Positions 39,736 to 52,965 of a stretch of 64,000 nt of DNA are shown one piece after another. Origin of the DNA: Azolla caroliniana (lineage: Eukaryota > Plantae > Polypodiophyta); contig JBHGNT010000004.1 in the NCBI GenBank assembly GCA_043228905.1, positions 2,294,001 to 2,358,000 of the forward strand. Reading direction: 5' to 3'. Below the pieces are notes generated by a model. It made no database searches, was not told the origin of the DNA, and saw nothing but the letters and a program-made list of their open reading frames with translations. The position numbers and the translations under genes were made by a program. Numbering within the stretch: position 1 is the stretch's first letter; each line of letters opens with the position of its first letter.

Positions 39736-42619
39736 CTCGCTTAGTCTGGCAAAATTGTTGATAACCCTCCAAATGAGGAAATCATTTCACAGCATACATC
39801 AGCACAAATATTTTGAGAAATTGTGTCCAGCAAGAAAGCCTTGAAATGATCTCATTAGTGTGATAATTTCACATGCACTTTTTTTGTTATCGAAATGAGA
39901 TGTATCCACAAACAGAAAATATGCTCAAACATAGATAGCTCCACATTTCTCAACATACACCAAGACAAATATTTCGAGAAATTACAACTATATAGCAAGA
40001 AGCCATAAAAATGAGCTCACTCATTAGAGTGATAAATTCAAATGCACTTGTTTTGTTTTAAAAGTGTGATGTATCCACACATTGAGGATATGCTCACACA
40101 TAGATAGATCCATGGGATGTGTTTGATTTTACATTATCCTTTTTTGAGGAATATTAATCAACAATATGCTCACATATACACATGCCACAAAGCCAACAAT
40201 GAGCTCATTCGTGCTAATCTACATGATTTTTTTGTTTAGAAATATCAACTGTAGATATTGATATACATATCAAGTAGTAAAAACCAAGTGCATTTGAAGT
40301 GGGAGAATTAGAACTTATTAACAAGGCATCCTGAATCAGGCATGACTTACAAAATAAAAATTGACATGGAACCAATAAAAAACTAATGAAATTTTCGTTT
40401 TAATTAACACGAGCACTTATGCTAACAAAAAGTTAGTGGTAATTACCATGAATACATATGTTAATCATTTTTTGAGGTAATTAACATGAGCAGTTATGTT
40501 AATCTATTTTAATGGTAATTGGTGTGAGTACTTATGCTACTCAAATTTTATTATCATGTTTAAGAAGCACCTTGGATCAGCAATGAGCAAAGCAAAAACT
40601 CATCTTCTTCCCACTTCTGAGACTAACTAAGAGAATTCTTAATTTAGCAAGCAAGCATTGTATTAATGAGCTTAGCAAAGTTTTCCTTCAAAAGAAGTAC
40701 TCTTTTAGGTAACAAGATGGATAACGTGTGAATGCATAAAAGATGGTCAGACATACACTAGTTTTCTGATTGTTTTCAAAAGTATCGAAAAAATCATAGA
40801 CAAAGAAAATATAAAGAAGACACTCAAAAATAAATAAAGCATGCAAAATTATTCAAAAAGCACAAAATAAAATCCAACTAAACATTCAAAAACTTCAATA
40901 GTTTCTAAAAGACTCAAATGGAGAAAGAAACAAAAATATACACAAAGACAAAACACTCAAATTTTGAAAAGAAACTTTGAAATCTTTTCAAAAGATACAG
41001 ATGATGGGGGGAGGAACACTCAAATATAAATAAAGAAAGCAATGTAAGAGCTTCTTCTTTTCTGTTATTTCTTGTGTTTAACTTGAATTGCAGGACAAGG
41101 ATAAGGGAAACAAAAAAGCGGACCAGAGCAAAACGTAAAAAGTGAGTAAAGGAGAAGAAAAGAAAGAAAAGGAAGGGAGTAAGTGTACGAAGCTTACTTG
41201 GATTGAAGGCGCCATAGCTTCTCTGTATCTCTGTGAAGCGATTAAGTAATATGAATTAAACCATAAAACCCATTTAACCCACTTGAACTGGGTTAACCTC
41301 AAATGCAGAAAAGTTGGAGCTGCATTATATGGTAAGCAAGGCATTGCCTTTATACATCATCACCATAATCTATGCTCCATTATATGGTAAGCAAGGCATT
41401 GCCTTTAGACATCATCACCATAATCTATAAAAGAAGACACAACACTTTTATGGATTTATGAAGTTGGTCTTAGTCTTAAGCAAAATTCGATTTATGTACA
41501 TAGACCTAGTTTTTTTCCGGACCTACATTTCCAAGCTTGAGATCCTAGGAACAATACATTCCATATGTGTTATTACAAAACTTGGGAACAATGGGTTTTG
41601 CATACACCATAGTGTTCATCTTACAAAAAATCCTTGGCATATTTTTCCTTTGGTTTGAGATCATTGGCACATGAGGACGATAATGCTTTATCATCACACA
41701 TTATTCCTGATGAATGTAGATTGATTCATAGGTTGTTGATTTCATTACGAATTTCCTCTTGTGAGCATCTAAGGGTGTGGGTTTCCAGGTGGTTGAGAGA
41801 GAGAGAGATCTTTTTAATGTCCACGGGAGACCGATTGGAATCTATAAAACGGGGGTGTAGCCCATGTTGAGGATCAATTTTAGATTTGCTCAATCTTATA
41901 ACCGATGCTATGGTGAAAAGAGTTTAGGGGAGTTAAGAAGTCCTAACTAGTTGTATGATCTTCATTGTTCTCGTCTAATTACTTTCTAAAAAAGGCTAGA
42001 ATATAATAGCATTCATCTCAATCATATGAATTTAACCCAAAGAAACTCAAATATTGTTGCAACATGTTGAGTTATTTTTCAGCCACGAGTGTTGCATATG
42101 AATAAGGTCTACTTAGAGTATGAGACAAATGCATTGTGAACTTATCAATGCATTATGACATGTCAAAAAGATAGTACAGTTGAATGTTCAAAGGGATGTA
42201 ATATTGACAATTTAGGTATCAAGAGTATTACATGAACATCCAAATGCAAACAATGACACAAAAGAGACACAAACATGCAGATCAACCCTCTACCAAACTT
42301 TGAAAGCAATTAAGGCCTACATCAACCATTCTGAAGTTAGAATTTATACTATGCGTAACCCAATGAAGAATTGAGAACATAAAGATAAACGTCTTAAGAC
42401 ATGAGAAAAATGAATGTGAATAAATAAATAAACATCATGAACAATTTGATGGAGACAAGACTCATTTACAAAATGTCGCTCCTCGTAAGAGTTTTGGAAC
42501 CTGTTTTACATCCAAGAAAAAACAAAAAATAGCGTGTTTGATTTGATTATTGACATGTCTATATATATATACCCGGCATCATTTCAATCATATAATGATG
42601 ATGACAATATATTAATTAA

Positions 42620-44761
42620 TTAACCTTTGAAAACTCTTGTAATGGTTTGTGAAACAAACTTGACTAGGTTAGCAAATGCAGATTGGATGTAAACAAAGAT
42701 ATCATCATCCAACTCACTATACTTAGTAGTAGTGGTGGTATTCTTTTGCTTCCTCTCTTCATTGCCTACTTTAGATGTCTCAAAACCTTTGCAAGATTTG
42801 GCACTAGTATCTGATCCCACTTCCATACTCGACCCACCAAGGTTTCCTTCCATTGATAGCTTTTCAGGTACTTTGAGCTCGTAAGATACTTTCTCTATTC
42901 TATTACCACTCATATTTCCGCATACATTTTCAGTTACTTTGCAATGGAAAGATGCCTCAACCTCTTGCATCTCATTCTTGCTAGGAAAAACATCATTTTT
43001 CACCTCATTTTCCAATGCAATATTTTGCCCATCTGTTTTTACACATGAATTTTCCTTTAGCACTAACTCTGGATTGCTGCTCATAGAGGTCTCTTTTGCT
43101 TCAAATTGCTTATGACTTTGCCTAGAATCATAGGCTTTACCATTATCTAGTGTTCTTTTACTCTTATCGTCACCCTTTGAATGTATATCTTCTTCTTCTG
43201 ACAAACTGGTCCCCTTGTAGTTATCCTCTACATATCCATTATCACATGGTCTTTTACTTTTATAATCTTCCTTTGTATGTATATCTTCTTCTGACAAACT
43301 GACCCCCTTGCAGTTATCCTCTATGGGTATAACTTTTCCAATAAAGACGTCCTTGGAAGGTGGCTTAGCATGTGTGTCAAGAGAAGAGATGATTGTGTGA
43401 TTACCAGAAAGATATTCCCCTTGTGCAGAGTGAAGGAAATTCCCTTGCAAAGAGATTGCATTTGGTAACTGTCTATTTATAGCATTCTTCTCTTTGCATA
43501 AAAATGAACTATCTTTGGAATCCTCATCACCTGGTTTTTGGATCTTATCTATATTCTCTGTTTCTATATCCTCTGCTAAATCGAGCCCCTTGGAAGGTTG
43601 AGCAACAGGAGAGATGCTAGCTAATTCACCAGAAGAGGATTCAGTTTGTGGGAAGTGACTAATCAAACCTTTCAATGTGGGATTGACATCCTCATCTACT
43701 GATTTATCATTTCGTTGCAGATTGACAGTGTCCCCTGCTTTTATATGTTTTTCAGTAGTGTGCAATACAACAGCTTCCATATGCTCTTCCATCTGATTTA
43801 ATGTCATCCTTGTCAAGGCATTATCCTCATCAATCTTGTCTACATCAATGTATGCAGTTGCATTTGACGATCCCTTAAATGGGTTTACTGCAATGCTACT
43901 GCTATTAGCTTCACTCTCAATCTTCTGACATACTTCTTCGATACTGTCAGTAGTTGCTTGGAATTCAATGGCATTTGCTTCAAACATTCCAGTGTTGCTA
44001 GTTGCCTTAATGGCTGGTTTAAAACCAGATTTTTCAACCATATGTCCTACAAAATTGAGCATAAGCACTCTTTAATTGCCGAAGGCAAGAAAAAACAAGC
44101 CACTGATATAGCATGATTCTAAAACAATGTGACCTCAAATCACTTCTAACCTTCATCATGAACATTGTGTGGCTTGGCTTGAGCTAAAACATTGCCTTCA
44201 GCCTGCAAATCGTCAGCATTACCTCCATCTTCAACCTTCCTTTCCACTACATAGATATAAATGAAATGCGACTTAACAGTTTGAAAACCATAAGCAAAGG
44301 AAATCAGCAAAAGTAAAAGAAGAAAAGTGTGTAGTACCAGTACTTCCAAATGAAGTCTCAGCTATGATTTCTGCAATGCCTTCTTTGTTGCACAACTCAT
44401 CCAATGCTGCATAGCTTTCCTGATCAATGCCCATCAAAAAGCCATTGGATTTCCTTTCTTCTAGATCCATAGACCAAAAGCTTGACCTCTCAGCATTGTG
44501 GGCATTCTCCCAGCTCCTAATCTGTGAATATAGGACCATAAGCCTATCCCATCTTTCTTTACATTGTTGTGCCGTTCGGTCAACACCTTTTGTTTGGCAA
44601 AATATCTCTATATCTTCCCACCTCTTCCTCTTTCTTTTTGCTCCATTCTCAACAATTACAGATTCGATCTCCTTTTTCGCTGAAATTAAGACTTGGGTTT
44701 CATGGGGTTGCCATCGTTTTCTATGTGTAGCTGTCCTTTGGATAGCTTCTATATCACCCAT
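42620..44761 (-). CDS. Trihelix (Myb/SANT-like, SH4/ASR3-type) transcription factor with long acidic C-terminal extension; exons 44761(or 44881)-44344, 44246-44151, 44046-42620
   Basis: RKRWQPHETQVLISAK..RWEDIEIFCQTKGVDRTAQQCKERWDRLMVLYSQIRSWE..SFWSMDLEERK. Two phase-1 GT-AG introns join it in frame to the 482-aa ORF. The start codon is uncertain, and probable 5'-UTR exons lie at ~45.6-46.5 kb. Confidence 0.82.
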
Positions 44762-46455
44762 CTCAAATGGCTGAGAAACTATGTGCCTAGTATGCCAAGT
44801 TTGACATCTACCACTATTGCAGAGCTCACGCAATAATAATGCTTTCTGTAGAAATGGCCTCATGATCTGGTTCTTTCGCATAAATAACTATAGCAAAGAT
44901 ACATCAGACATAAATCACAAGTCATACATGTAGAAAACGCAAATAATAATTATTTGCAACCACAAATAATAAGAAAATAGAAGTTACATTATTAAAGATA
45001 CAAAAGCTAGTGTGACAGTCTTTCATGGACTCATAGCTCAAATATCGTTGCCTAGTTTTGACTCTGGAACTTTGTTGTTGATAAACTTGTATTTTATGTA
45101 TAGAATAAATATGTTTTAGAATGATCTGAAATATTCTACACTTTGAAACTACCATTTAAAACTGTTTCACGTATCCTACATATTTAACAAGTATTTAAAA
45201 TTTGGCCTAAATACAATTGTTAAATGCATTGCAAATATAAGAAGTATTTGACGTACATACTTAATTTTAGAATACAAAGGAATACAACTTAGTTCCTTAA
45301 CACAAATCTTAGTAAATAACCTGTTATAAAAAGAATAGAACCAGCTGTACACTCCAAGCATATTGTTTCGATAATACTAAAACAAGTTTTGATAAGGTAT
45401 GCTGCATGTCCACAAACACCAAGAAACCCATTTCCATGACCTTTGAAATGCCAAATTAATTGAATTGTGAACCGAACTAAACTACTAGAAAATCATTGAA
45501 GCATGAATCATGTGTCATACATGATGCTTGAAAATGGTAGTTGATGTGATTGATTTCTTCTCTTCTGAAAATGACTTGCCATGAACTTACATTACTACTC
45601 CTCTGGCAACATACATCCATAACGATTGCCCAATTGGTCACATGGCCTTACAATGACGAAAGGAGTTCGTTCTCTCATACACACATGTACTGCCACAAAA
45701 GTAGTAGAAAATGATACACACATGTACTGCCACAGTTGCCCAAGACAAAAACTCAATGGAAGAGAGCTTCCAGTCAAGCTAGAGAAATTTCAAAGACTAG
45801 TCAGAGCTTTCATTACAAGAGAAATCCACTGAGCACCCTGGTTCAAATTTCACTGAATTCACTGCTTCACTAGATGAAGCTGCGGAATGTAGGGGTTGAG
45901 CACATGACCTACTGGTCTCCGACAGAAAAACTCACCGAATAAGCGCAATACTATTTTGGGGTCGCTCTATCACTCTCACTTTTGTTTCATGAACAGTAAT
46001 TATGTACTAATAATTTTATGAAATGTAGAATGACAATTGACAGAGATTAAACATTATATCAAATCTCTCTCTCTCTACCATGCAGTCATACAAAATGAAA
46101 GGGTAAATGTCATGACGCACTCACAGCAGATTCGAGTGGGTATTGATGATGAGTTATGGGAAGCTCCTGCCGAACCTTAATCAAACCTTGAGAGGATAAC
46201 AACAACAACAACCAGAAAAAAAAAGAGACATGAGACCCGAACACGTTAGCTTCTACATTCATGTTCTGCAGCAAAGAATGCCCATCACAGTTCTTGAAAG
46301 CAAGAAATAAATTTATTTATTTTTAAAAAACAGAAAAGAGAAAGAAAAGAAAGAGAGAAGAGAAGAGAAGAGCAGAAGCACCAGTCGGTGGTGGTGTTTG
46401 GTGCAGCATAGCAAAGCAAAGGGCGAGGGAGGGAGGGGGTTTAGGGTTTTACAGG

Positions 46456-46494
<39 letters not shown>

Positions 46495-46534
46495 TCACTC
46501 ACTCACACTCCCTCTCTCTCTCTTCTCCTCTTCA

Positions 46535-46539
<5 letters not shown>

Positions 46540-46580
<41 letters not shown>

Positions 46581-47045
46581 TTATTTTTTATTTTTTATTT
46601 ATTTTTTATTTTTTATCTTTTATCTTTTTTTTTTATTTTTTTTTAAATTTTTTTTTTTTATTTTTTTTTTATTTTTTTTTATTTTTTATTTTTTTTTTTT
46701 ATTTTTTATTTTTTTTTTTTATTTTTTTTTTTATTTTTTATTTTTTTTTTTTTATTTTTTATTTTTTATTTTTTATTTTTTATTTTTTATTTTTTATTTT
46801 TTATTTTTTTTTTTTATTTTTTATTTTTTATTTTTTTTTTTTATTTTTTATTTTTTTTTTATTTTTATTTTTATTTTTTTTATTTTTTTTTTATTTTTTT
46901 TTTATTTTTTTTTTTATTTTTTTTTTTTATTTTTTTATTTTTTTTTTATTTTTTTATTTTTATTTTTATTTTTATTTTTTTATTTTTTTTTTATTTTTTA
47001 TTTTATTTTTTTTTTTTTTTTTTTTATTTTTTATTTTTTATTTTT
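46540..47045. repeat. (TG)n followed by a ~470-bp irregular (TnA) low-complexity tract
   Basis: Direct reading. Irregular T-run lengths may include sequencing noise. Confidence 0.9.
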
Positions 47046-48230
47046 GCTTTATTATTCATTATTTTTTATTTATTGGTTATTGATTATTGTTTATTGTTTA
47101 TTATTTATGGAATGTTGGGGCATCATATTCCCCCTTCCCTTATCAATGTATAACCAACCCATAGGGCCCATATCCTTGAATACATTATAAATCTTCATGC
47201 TTTTGGTGAAGACATGTGATATAGAGAAGAGGGGGGGGGGGGGGGGGGGGGGCTCGCAATGCACACGAGTAGCCAACCAAACATGTTTTGCTCAAGTAAT
47301 CCGATTAGTTAACGTGTCCTAGGCAAGCATTAGAGAAATTGTCAGACCATGCAATATTTCCATGTAGGAGAAGAGACACCCCCCCCCCCCCGTCTTCCTA
47401 GATTGACATAGAATCATAACTAGTTTGCTGAAGTAATCCGATTAGTAATTGTGTCCTATGCAAGCATTGAAGAATTTCGTAAGACTATGTTATATTTCCA
47501 TGTAGGAGAAAAGGCTCCCCTGTTTCTTGGATTGACACTCAATCACAATTCTATTCATAAAAATGTTGCATATATTAGCAAACACTATCACAACCTTATA
47601 GTTTTATTTCCTTATAACTTCCAAACAAACACTAAATCTTGCCCAACCTTTTGTGAAATAACAATTCGATGACTGGCAACTCAAAACACGTGTTGAGTGT
47701 GAGAGGAGGCAATCATGTTTGATGGCACAACATCATTCGAATTACCATTAAGAAAAAATTGCATTTGTTTTTTGATCATTTATAGTCCAGAAGAAAACAT
47801 TCCAATGACTTTGGCATCTCACAAAACTTCATGAAGGAAAAAGTATAAACTCTACTTTATCTACTTACCTCTATAACTCATCACACTATCCATCCCCCTT
47901 GCCTCTTTAGGTAAGGAAATCAAATGCAATAAGAGTAATCTTTTCCCCCTAAAGAGTCTTTTGATCGAGGGTTACCCCTGATGCAAAATGGCTAGAATGG
48001 AAGTCTAAACATTGATTGAAAAGGAAAGAATTTTGGCTCTACGCCCACAACTAAATGTTGCGAATGAGTATTTTAGGATGCGAGCCTCACGAGCACCATT
48101 GTAGCACCCAACACATTTTGCGTTTCATCCCACTATTGCAACGTAAACTCCATATAGAAAAATCGGGAGTTTCTATGGGGAAAAACTCCATGGGGCACAC
48201 ATGATCCGAGCCTTCTGCCACTCCATATAT

Positions 48231-48263
<33 letters not shown>

Positions 48264-49301
48264 TTGATGTGTCTATTATGACACAAATCATTTATAGGGC
48301 TAGCGAGGGAATCGTGGCCCTAGACGATGCAAGTCACTCGAAGCATGGCACATGCAATCTGCGCCGTCCAATTTGGATATAAAAAAATGTGCAACCAAAA
48401 ATGTTGTCAGAGATCGCCCAACTCTGAGTCCTCGATCGCCCAACCCTATCAGAGGTCGCCCAACTACCTATTGTGGTCACCCAACCTACATATTCCGATT
48501 GCACAACCTACCTATTGTGGTTGCCCAACCAAGTTTAAATGTGGTTGCCAACCTTCAAATTGGTTGCCCAACTGAGTTAAAATGTGGTTGCCCAACCTAC
48601 CATTTAAGTTTGGTCACCCAACCGAGTTTAATTGTGGTCGCCCAACCAAGTTTTAATATGGCCATGTGGTCACCCAACCTTTTTACCGACAACTATAAAA
48701 CCCTAAAACTTGTCATTATCTCTCAATTTTTCAAACGAGATTGACAGGTTTTTTTGCCAGGAAAGGAAATTTTCTTTAGGAGGCTTGCAATCGACATTCC
48801 CAGCAATCACTTCTGTAATCGGTGCCCTACTATTTCCCAGGTATGTGTTTGTGTTTGTCTCTACATTTTCTGTTTTTTTTTATGTGGTTGGCTTTTTCAT
48901 GTCGAGGGATTAGGGTTTGGTTGATATAATTATTTTAATGTGATATTATGGCTTGATATTAGAATGATAGGGAGAAGGTTTAGGGTTTAGCGTGATAATA
49001 TGATTATAGAAACTATTTAGGGTTTGGTTGATACAGTGAATAGGTTTATTCTCAAATTGTTTAGAACATGTTTATTGATATGTGATTGTAGAATGTTAAT
49101 GGTTTACAATTGGAGTGTGTTGATATTAGCTTGATATTGATTATTAATGATATTATGATATTAGCTTGATATTGATTATTAATGATATTATGATGTTAGC
49201 TTGATATTGATTAATAATGGTTTACGATTGACATTATGATTTTAATGCTTGATATTAGAATGTGGCCCAAGTTTAGCTCATTGATCATTGAATGGTGGTA
49301 G

Positions 49302-49872
49302 ATGGCTGCCAGGTCCAAGTACAAATATTGGTGGGATTCTGATAACGGTGAGATATATCCAATTCAAGAGAGGTATGTCACGAACCAATCTCCCTTAATA
49401 GTGGTAATGATGTGTGATGCATGCATGTTGACTAATGATTTGTTAAAGGGTTTTCGTTAGAAGACATTGGAGAAGTTGTGCAACTGACATCTCTAAGGGC
49501 GTCGAGAGCATGGATCAGGCATTGGTGGTTCATCTGCCTCGGATTGAGCCGATACAACCCATGGCAACATTCAACGAAGATGCTCCTCATGCAGGTATGT
49601 GGATTTGGTCTCGTTGTATTATGTCAATCTTTATGTAACACATACAGGAACAACAAATGCTCTTAGTATTAGCTCGTTGTATAAGGTTGGAAGAGATGCC
49701 AATGGGAACAAGGCCCATGCGTGTATTGTGGTTGAGTATCGTGGCTGATTCGGACCATTTCATCTGAACCGTCAAACCACACCATTGTGTCTGAGGGTCA
49801 ACATCACGTATTGCACATCCCAACTCAACCAAATGGTTGGGATTGTGGCTTTTACGTGATGAAGACTATATA
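49302..49872 (+). pseudogene. Spliced MULE-internal gene remnant ending in a Ulp1/C48 peptidase catalytic motif
   Basis: ATG 49302-49372, 49449-49594 and 49648 onward splice in frame through GT-AG sites until TGA at 49746. A shifted frame gives HIPTQPNGWDCGFYVMK (~49814-49865), the Ulp1 Q-x-N-x-x-DCG-x-YV motif. Confidence 0.55.
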
Positions 49873-50412
49873 GATGTTGGTCGAGGAGTTCCTACGGGGA
49901 TGGATATCTTCGGCTTTTGTAAGTGTAGTTGCAAATGTCTTATTCACGTGGTTTTTGTATAGCTAGGTTGTTATACATATTTGGTGACAGGGCACAGAGA
50001 TGTGGTTCACCAAACGCGAAGTGGATTCACTTCGAATTCATGTGGACGACTGGGCACGAAGGGTATTGGGATTTGCACTTGCTATCGGTGGCCCCATATT
50101 GTAAATTTTGGATTGGCTACATAAATTTTATCATGGCTGTCATGGCCACAAATATTAGACCTTGGTTGTCATATAATGGATTTTATGTATACGACGAATA
50201 TTGTAAATATCTTCATATTATTTGTACTGGAGCGAATGTTGTAAATATGGTATTATATTTTGTTATAGACAGATGTTGTAATATGGTCTACACTTTTTGT
50301 ATAGCGAGTGGCCACTCATTGTATATAGAAAATTACCAATTAATGGAAAAGTTGTTTATATCAAGTGTTGGTAATATTGGTAATCTCATGTTGGTCTCTT
50401 GCCCCTAAACCT

Positions 50413-50673
50413 GTTTTAGATTCAAAGATATGTTGTTTTCTCACTCATAGTGTGATTTGGGTTTGCTGTATTTTAAAGATATGTTGTTATTATACATATG
50501 TTTTAGATTCAAAGATATGTTGTTTTCTCACTCATAGTGTCATTTGGGTCTGCTGTATTTTAAAGATATGTTGTTATTATACATATGTTTTAGATTCAAA
50601 GATATGTTGTTTTCTTAGTCATAGTGTGATTTGTGTCTGCTGGTTTTCAAAGATATGTTGTTTTCATACATAT
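50413..50673. repeat. 87-bp minisatellite, 3 copies, inside the MULE
   Basis: GTTTTAGATTCAAAGATATG starts at 50413, 50500 and 50587. Confidence 0.9.
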
Positions 50674-52965
50674 GTTATTTGATAACTATTTAGGTCACGC
50701 AACCCTCTTAAATATGGTCTCCCAACCTGTTTAAAAAAGATATCTTCTCATAAAACAAGTCTCCCAACCCTCTTAAAAAACATCTCTTCTCATAAACAGG
50801 TTGCCCAACCTGTTTTAATATAGTCACCCAACCTATTAAACAAGTCGCCCAACCTATTACTCAGGTCACCCTATTGTATAAATCAGGTCTCCCAACCCTC
50901 TTAAAAAACATCTCCTCTCATAAACAAGTTGCTCAACCTGTTTTAATATGGTCACCCAACCTATTAAACAAGTTGCCAAACCCATTATTCAAGTCTTCCA
51001 ATTGGGCAAATAAGGTCTCCCAACCCTCGTAAAAAACATCTCTCATCATAAACAGGTCGCCCAACCTGTTTTAATATGGTCACCTAACCTGATTAACGTG
51101 GTCGCCCAACCTGTTTAAAAAAAAAGATCATATTAAGGAATAAATTAATCATATTTTAAGTCACATTAATCATTAAACCCCAAGTTGGTAATCAGAGCTG
51201 ATTCATCCTCCAATTAATTACAGAGGCACACTTTATTCATACTATCACAGAGACACATCTTAATCATACTCTAGCTAATTACATCGATCTTGTCTTAAAT
51301 TTTCAATTAATCACATTATGTTATCATATTAATCTCCAAAAGGACAATATTGGTGTCTAGTGGCAAAACCTAACTTGGAAACCTTTCAAGCAAGCAAAAA
51401 GCAAGGGGACATGGAAAAACTTGAATGTTCATCCGATGCAAAAAACAACAAGCACACGTGTCTAGTTGTTTTGAGTGTACCATTATGGTATCTTATGAAA
51501 GACACCATGTTCTAGTTGTTTGAGTGTCCTTTCTCGATTTGATCATAGTTGTTCTCATGACCTTTTGTAGAGGGTCAAGCTCTCCCAATTTATGAAAGAC
51601 TTTTTCTTTTGGGACCCTTGAAACAAATACAAAGGTCACCAATTATGACTTTATACACAAGTAGTGATCATCAATATAGTATTCAGTTGTTCTAGGTCTA
51701 CTTGACAAAAAATTTCAAGTTGAAAAATACTATAGCACCACTAGTCGTTTGACAAATATTGGTCCTAGATTAATTATTATTACTTGAGGCTTATTAGATC
51801 AACTTTATTACCTTAGGAGAAATGTTATTAGGTTTAAATCCCAACTTAGATATATTAAGATTGAATCTGGGTTCATTTGCATGTAACAAGAGGGACAACA
51901 TTGACTAGATAAATGATATATATGAAAAGAAGAAAACATTTTGGGGTTTAGTAACAAATTCCACTAAGTGAAATAAGGTTCACTCACTGATTTCTAATTA
52001 TATCTACAAAATACTATGTAATGTTATACATATAGCTCTTTTATGATCTTCATATTTTATATTGGGCTTAGACAAATATTTCTTTTTGCATAGATTATGT
52101 CACAAATATCAATATTCTTGACATATTATTTTGTTTAGTAAACTTCTCATCTTATAAGCAAACTTTGTTAACCTCTTTGTTAGTGTTGCATTTTTAAGGG
52201 AATAGCATGATTAATATGTTGTATTGCCAATAGTGTGATTAATATGTAGCACATATATTGATCGATAAGCTTCACATATTGAATGAATCATGCATTAATC
52301 TCTTCCTCGTTGATGGGAGGAATACATTAATATCCATGCAAGAATCAATTGCTCGTTGCTAAAATCCCAAAACCAAATGTCGAAACCCTAAAAAAGAAAG
52401 AAGTTGAAGAAGAAGAAAACCTAAATGACCCCAAAATTGACGAATGAGCAAAATAAACCCTCTTCTCACTAAGAGAGGAAAAGAAATTCAAATCTTGCAC
52501 TTTATTAAATGTAAGGAATAATTCTAACCATTGAACCATTACTTTTGTTAATTACTTCATTTATTGTTCTAAAAGGGTCAGGTGGTCGGGCGACTACTGA
52601 CAAGGTTGGGCAAGCGAGGACTCGGAGTTGGGCGACCTCTAACAGATTTTTTTTTCGCGCGTTCTTTCTTATCCAAATCAGACGGTGCAGATCGCACGCA
52701 CCTTCCGTTGAGCGACCTACACCGCTCGTGGCGGCGATTCCCTCCCCAGCCCTATTTATGATTTGGTCTATAATAGACACGACTCATGAGCCACACACAC
52801 ATACATAAATTTATACATTATTAGTAATTACATGTCTGGATTCTGCACATATCATATGTAAGTTGGGGGGTAGTTTTTGAGATTTTGCAAAACTGCATAT
52901 ATAAATAAAAAAGAAGATTGAAAGAAAGTGAAGGAATATGTATGAAGGGCAAGAGTGAGAGTATA

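Larger units (their letters stand above)
48269..52780. mobile_element. Non-autonomous Mutator-like (MULE) DNA transposon with ~200-bp TIRs
   Basis: 48269-48470 (GTGTCTATTAT..AAATCAT..TAGGGCT..GAGGGAATCG..ATTTGGATA..GCCCAACTC.GAGTCCTCG) is the reverse complement of 52579-52780. CCCAACC repeat arrays at ~48416-48680 and ~50697-51115. No clear TSD was found. Confidence 0.75.

Noticed and set aside
46398-47190. Phe-rich ORFs of 180-215 aa
   Set aside because: Translations of a T-rich low-complexity tract.
48416-51115. CRISPR-like array suggested by regularly spaced CCCAACC repeats
   Set aside because: Eukaryotic context, very short repeats, spacers related to each other, no cas genes. Explained as transposon-internal repeats.
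52480-52545. tRNA or SINE-like A/B boxes on the minus strand (TGGTTCAATGG...GATTTGAAT)
   Set aside because: No cloverleaf can be formed, the B box is degenerate, and there is no tail or TSD.
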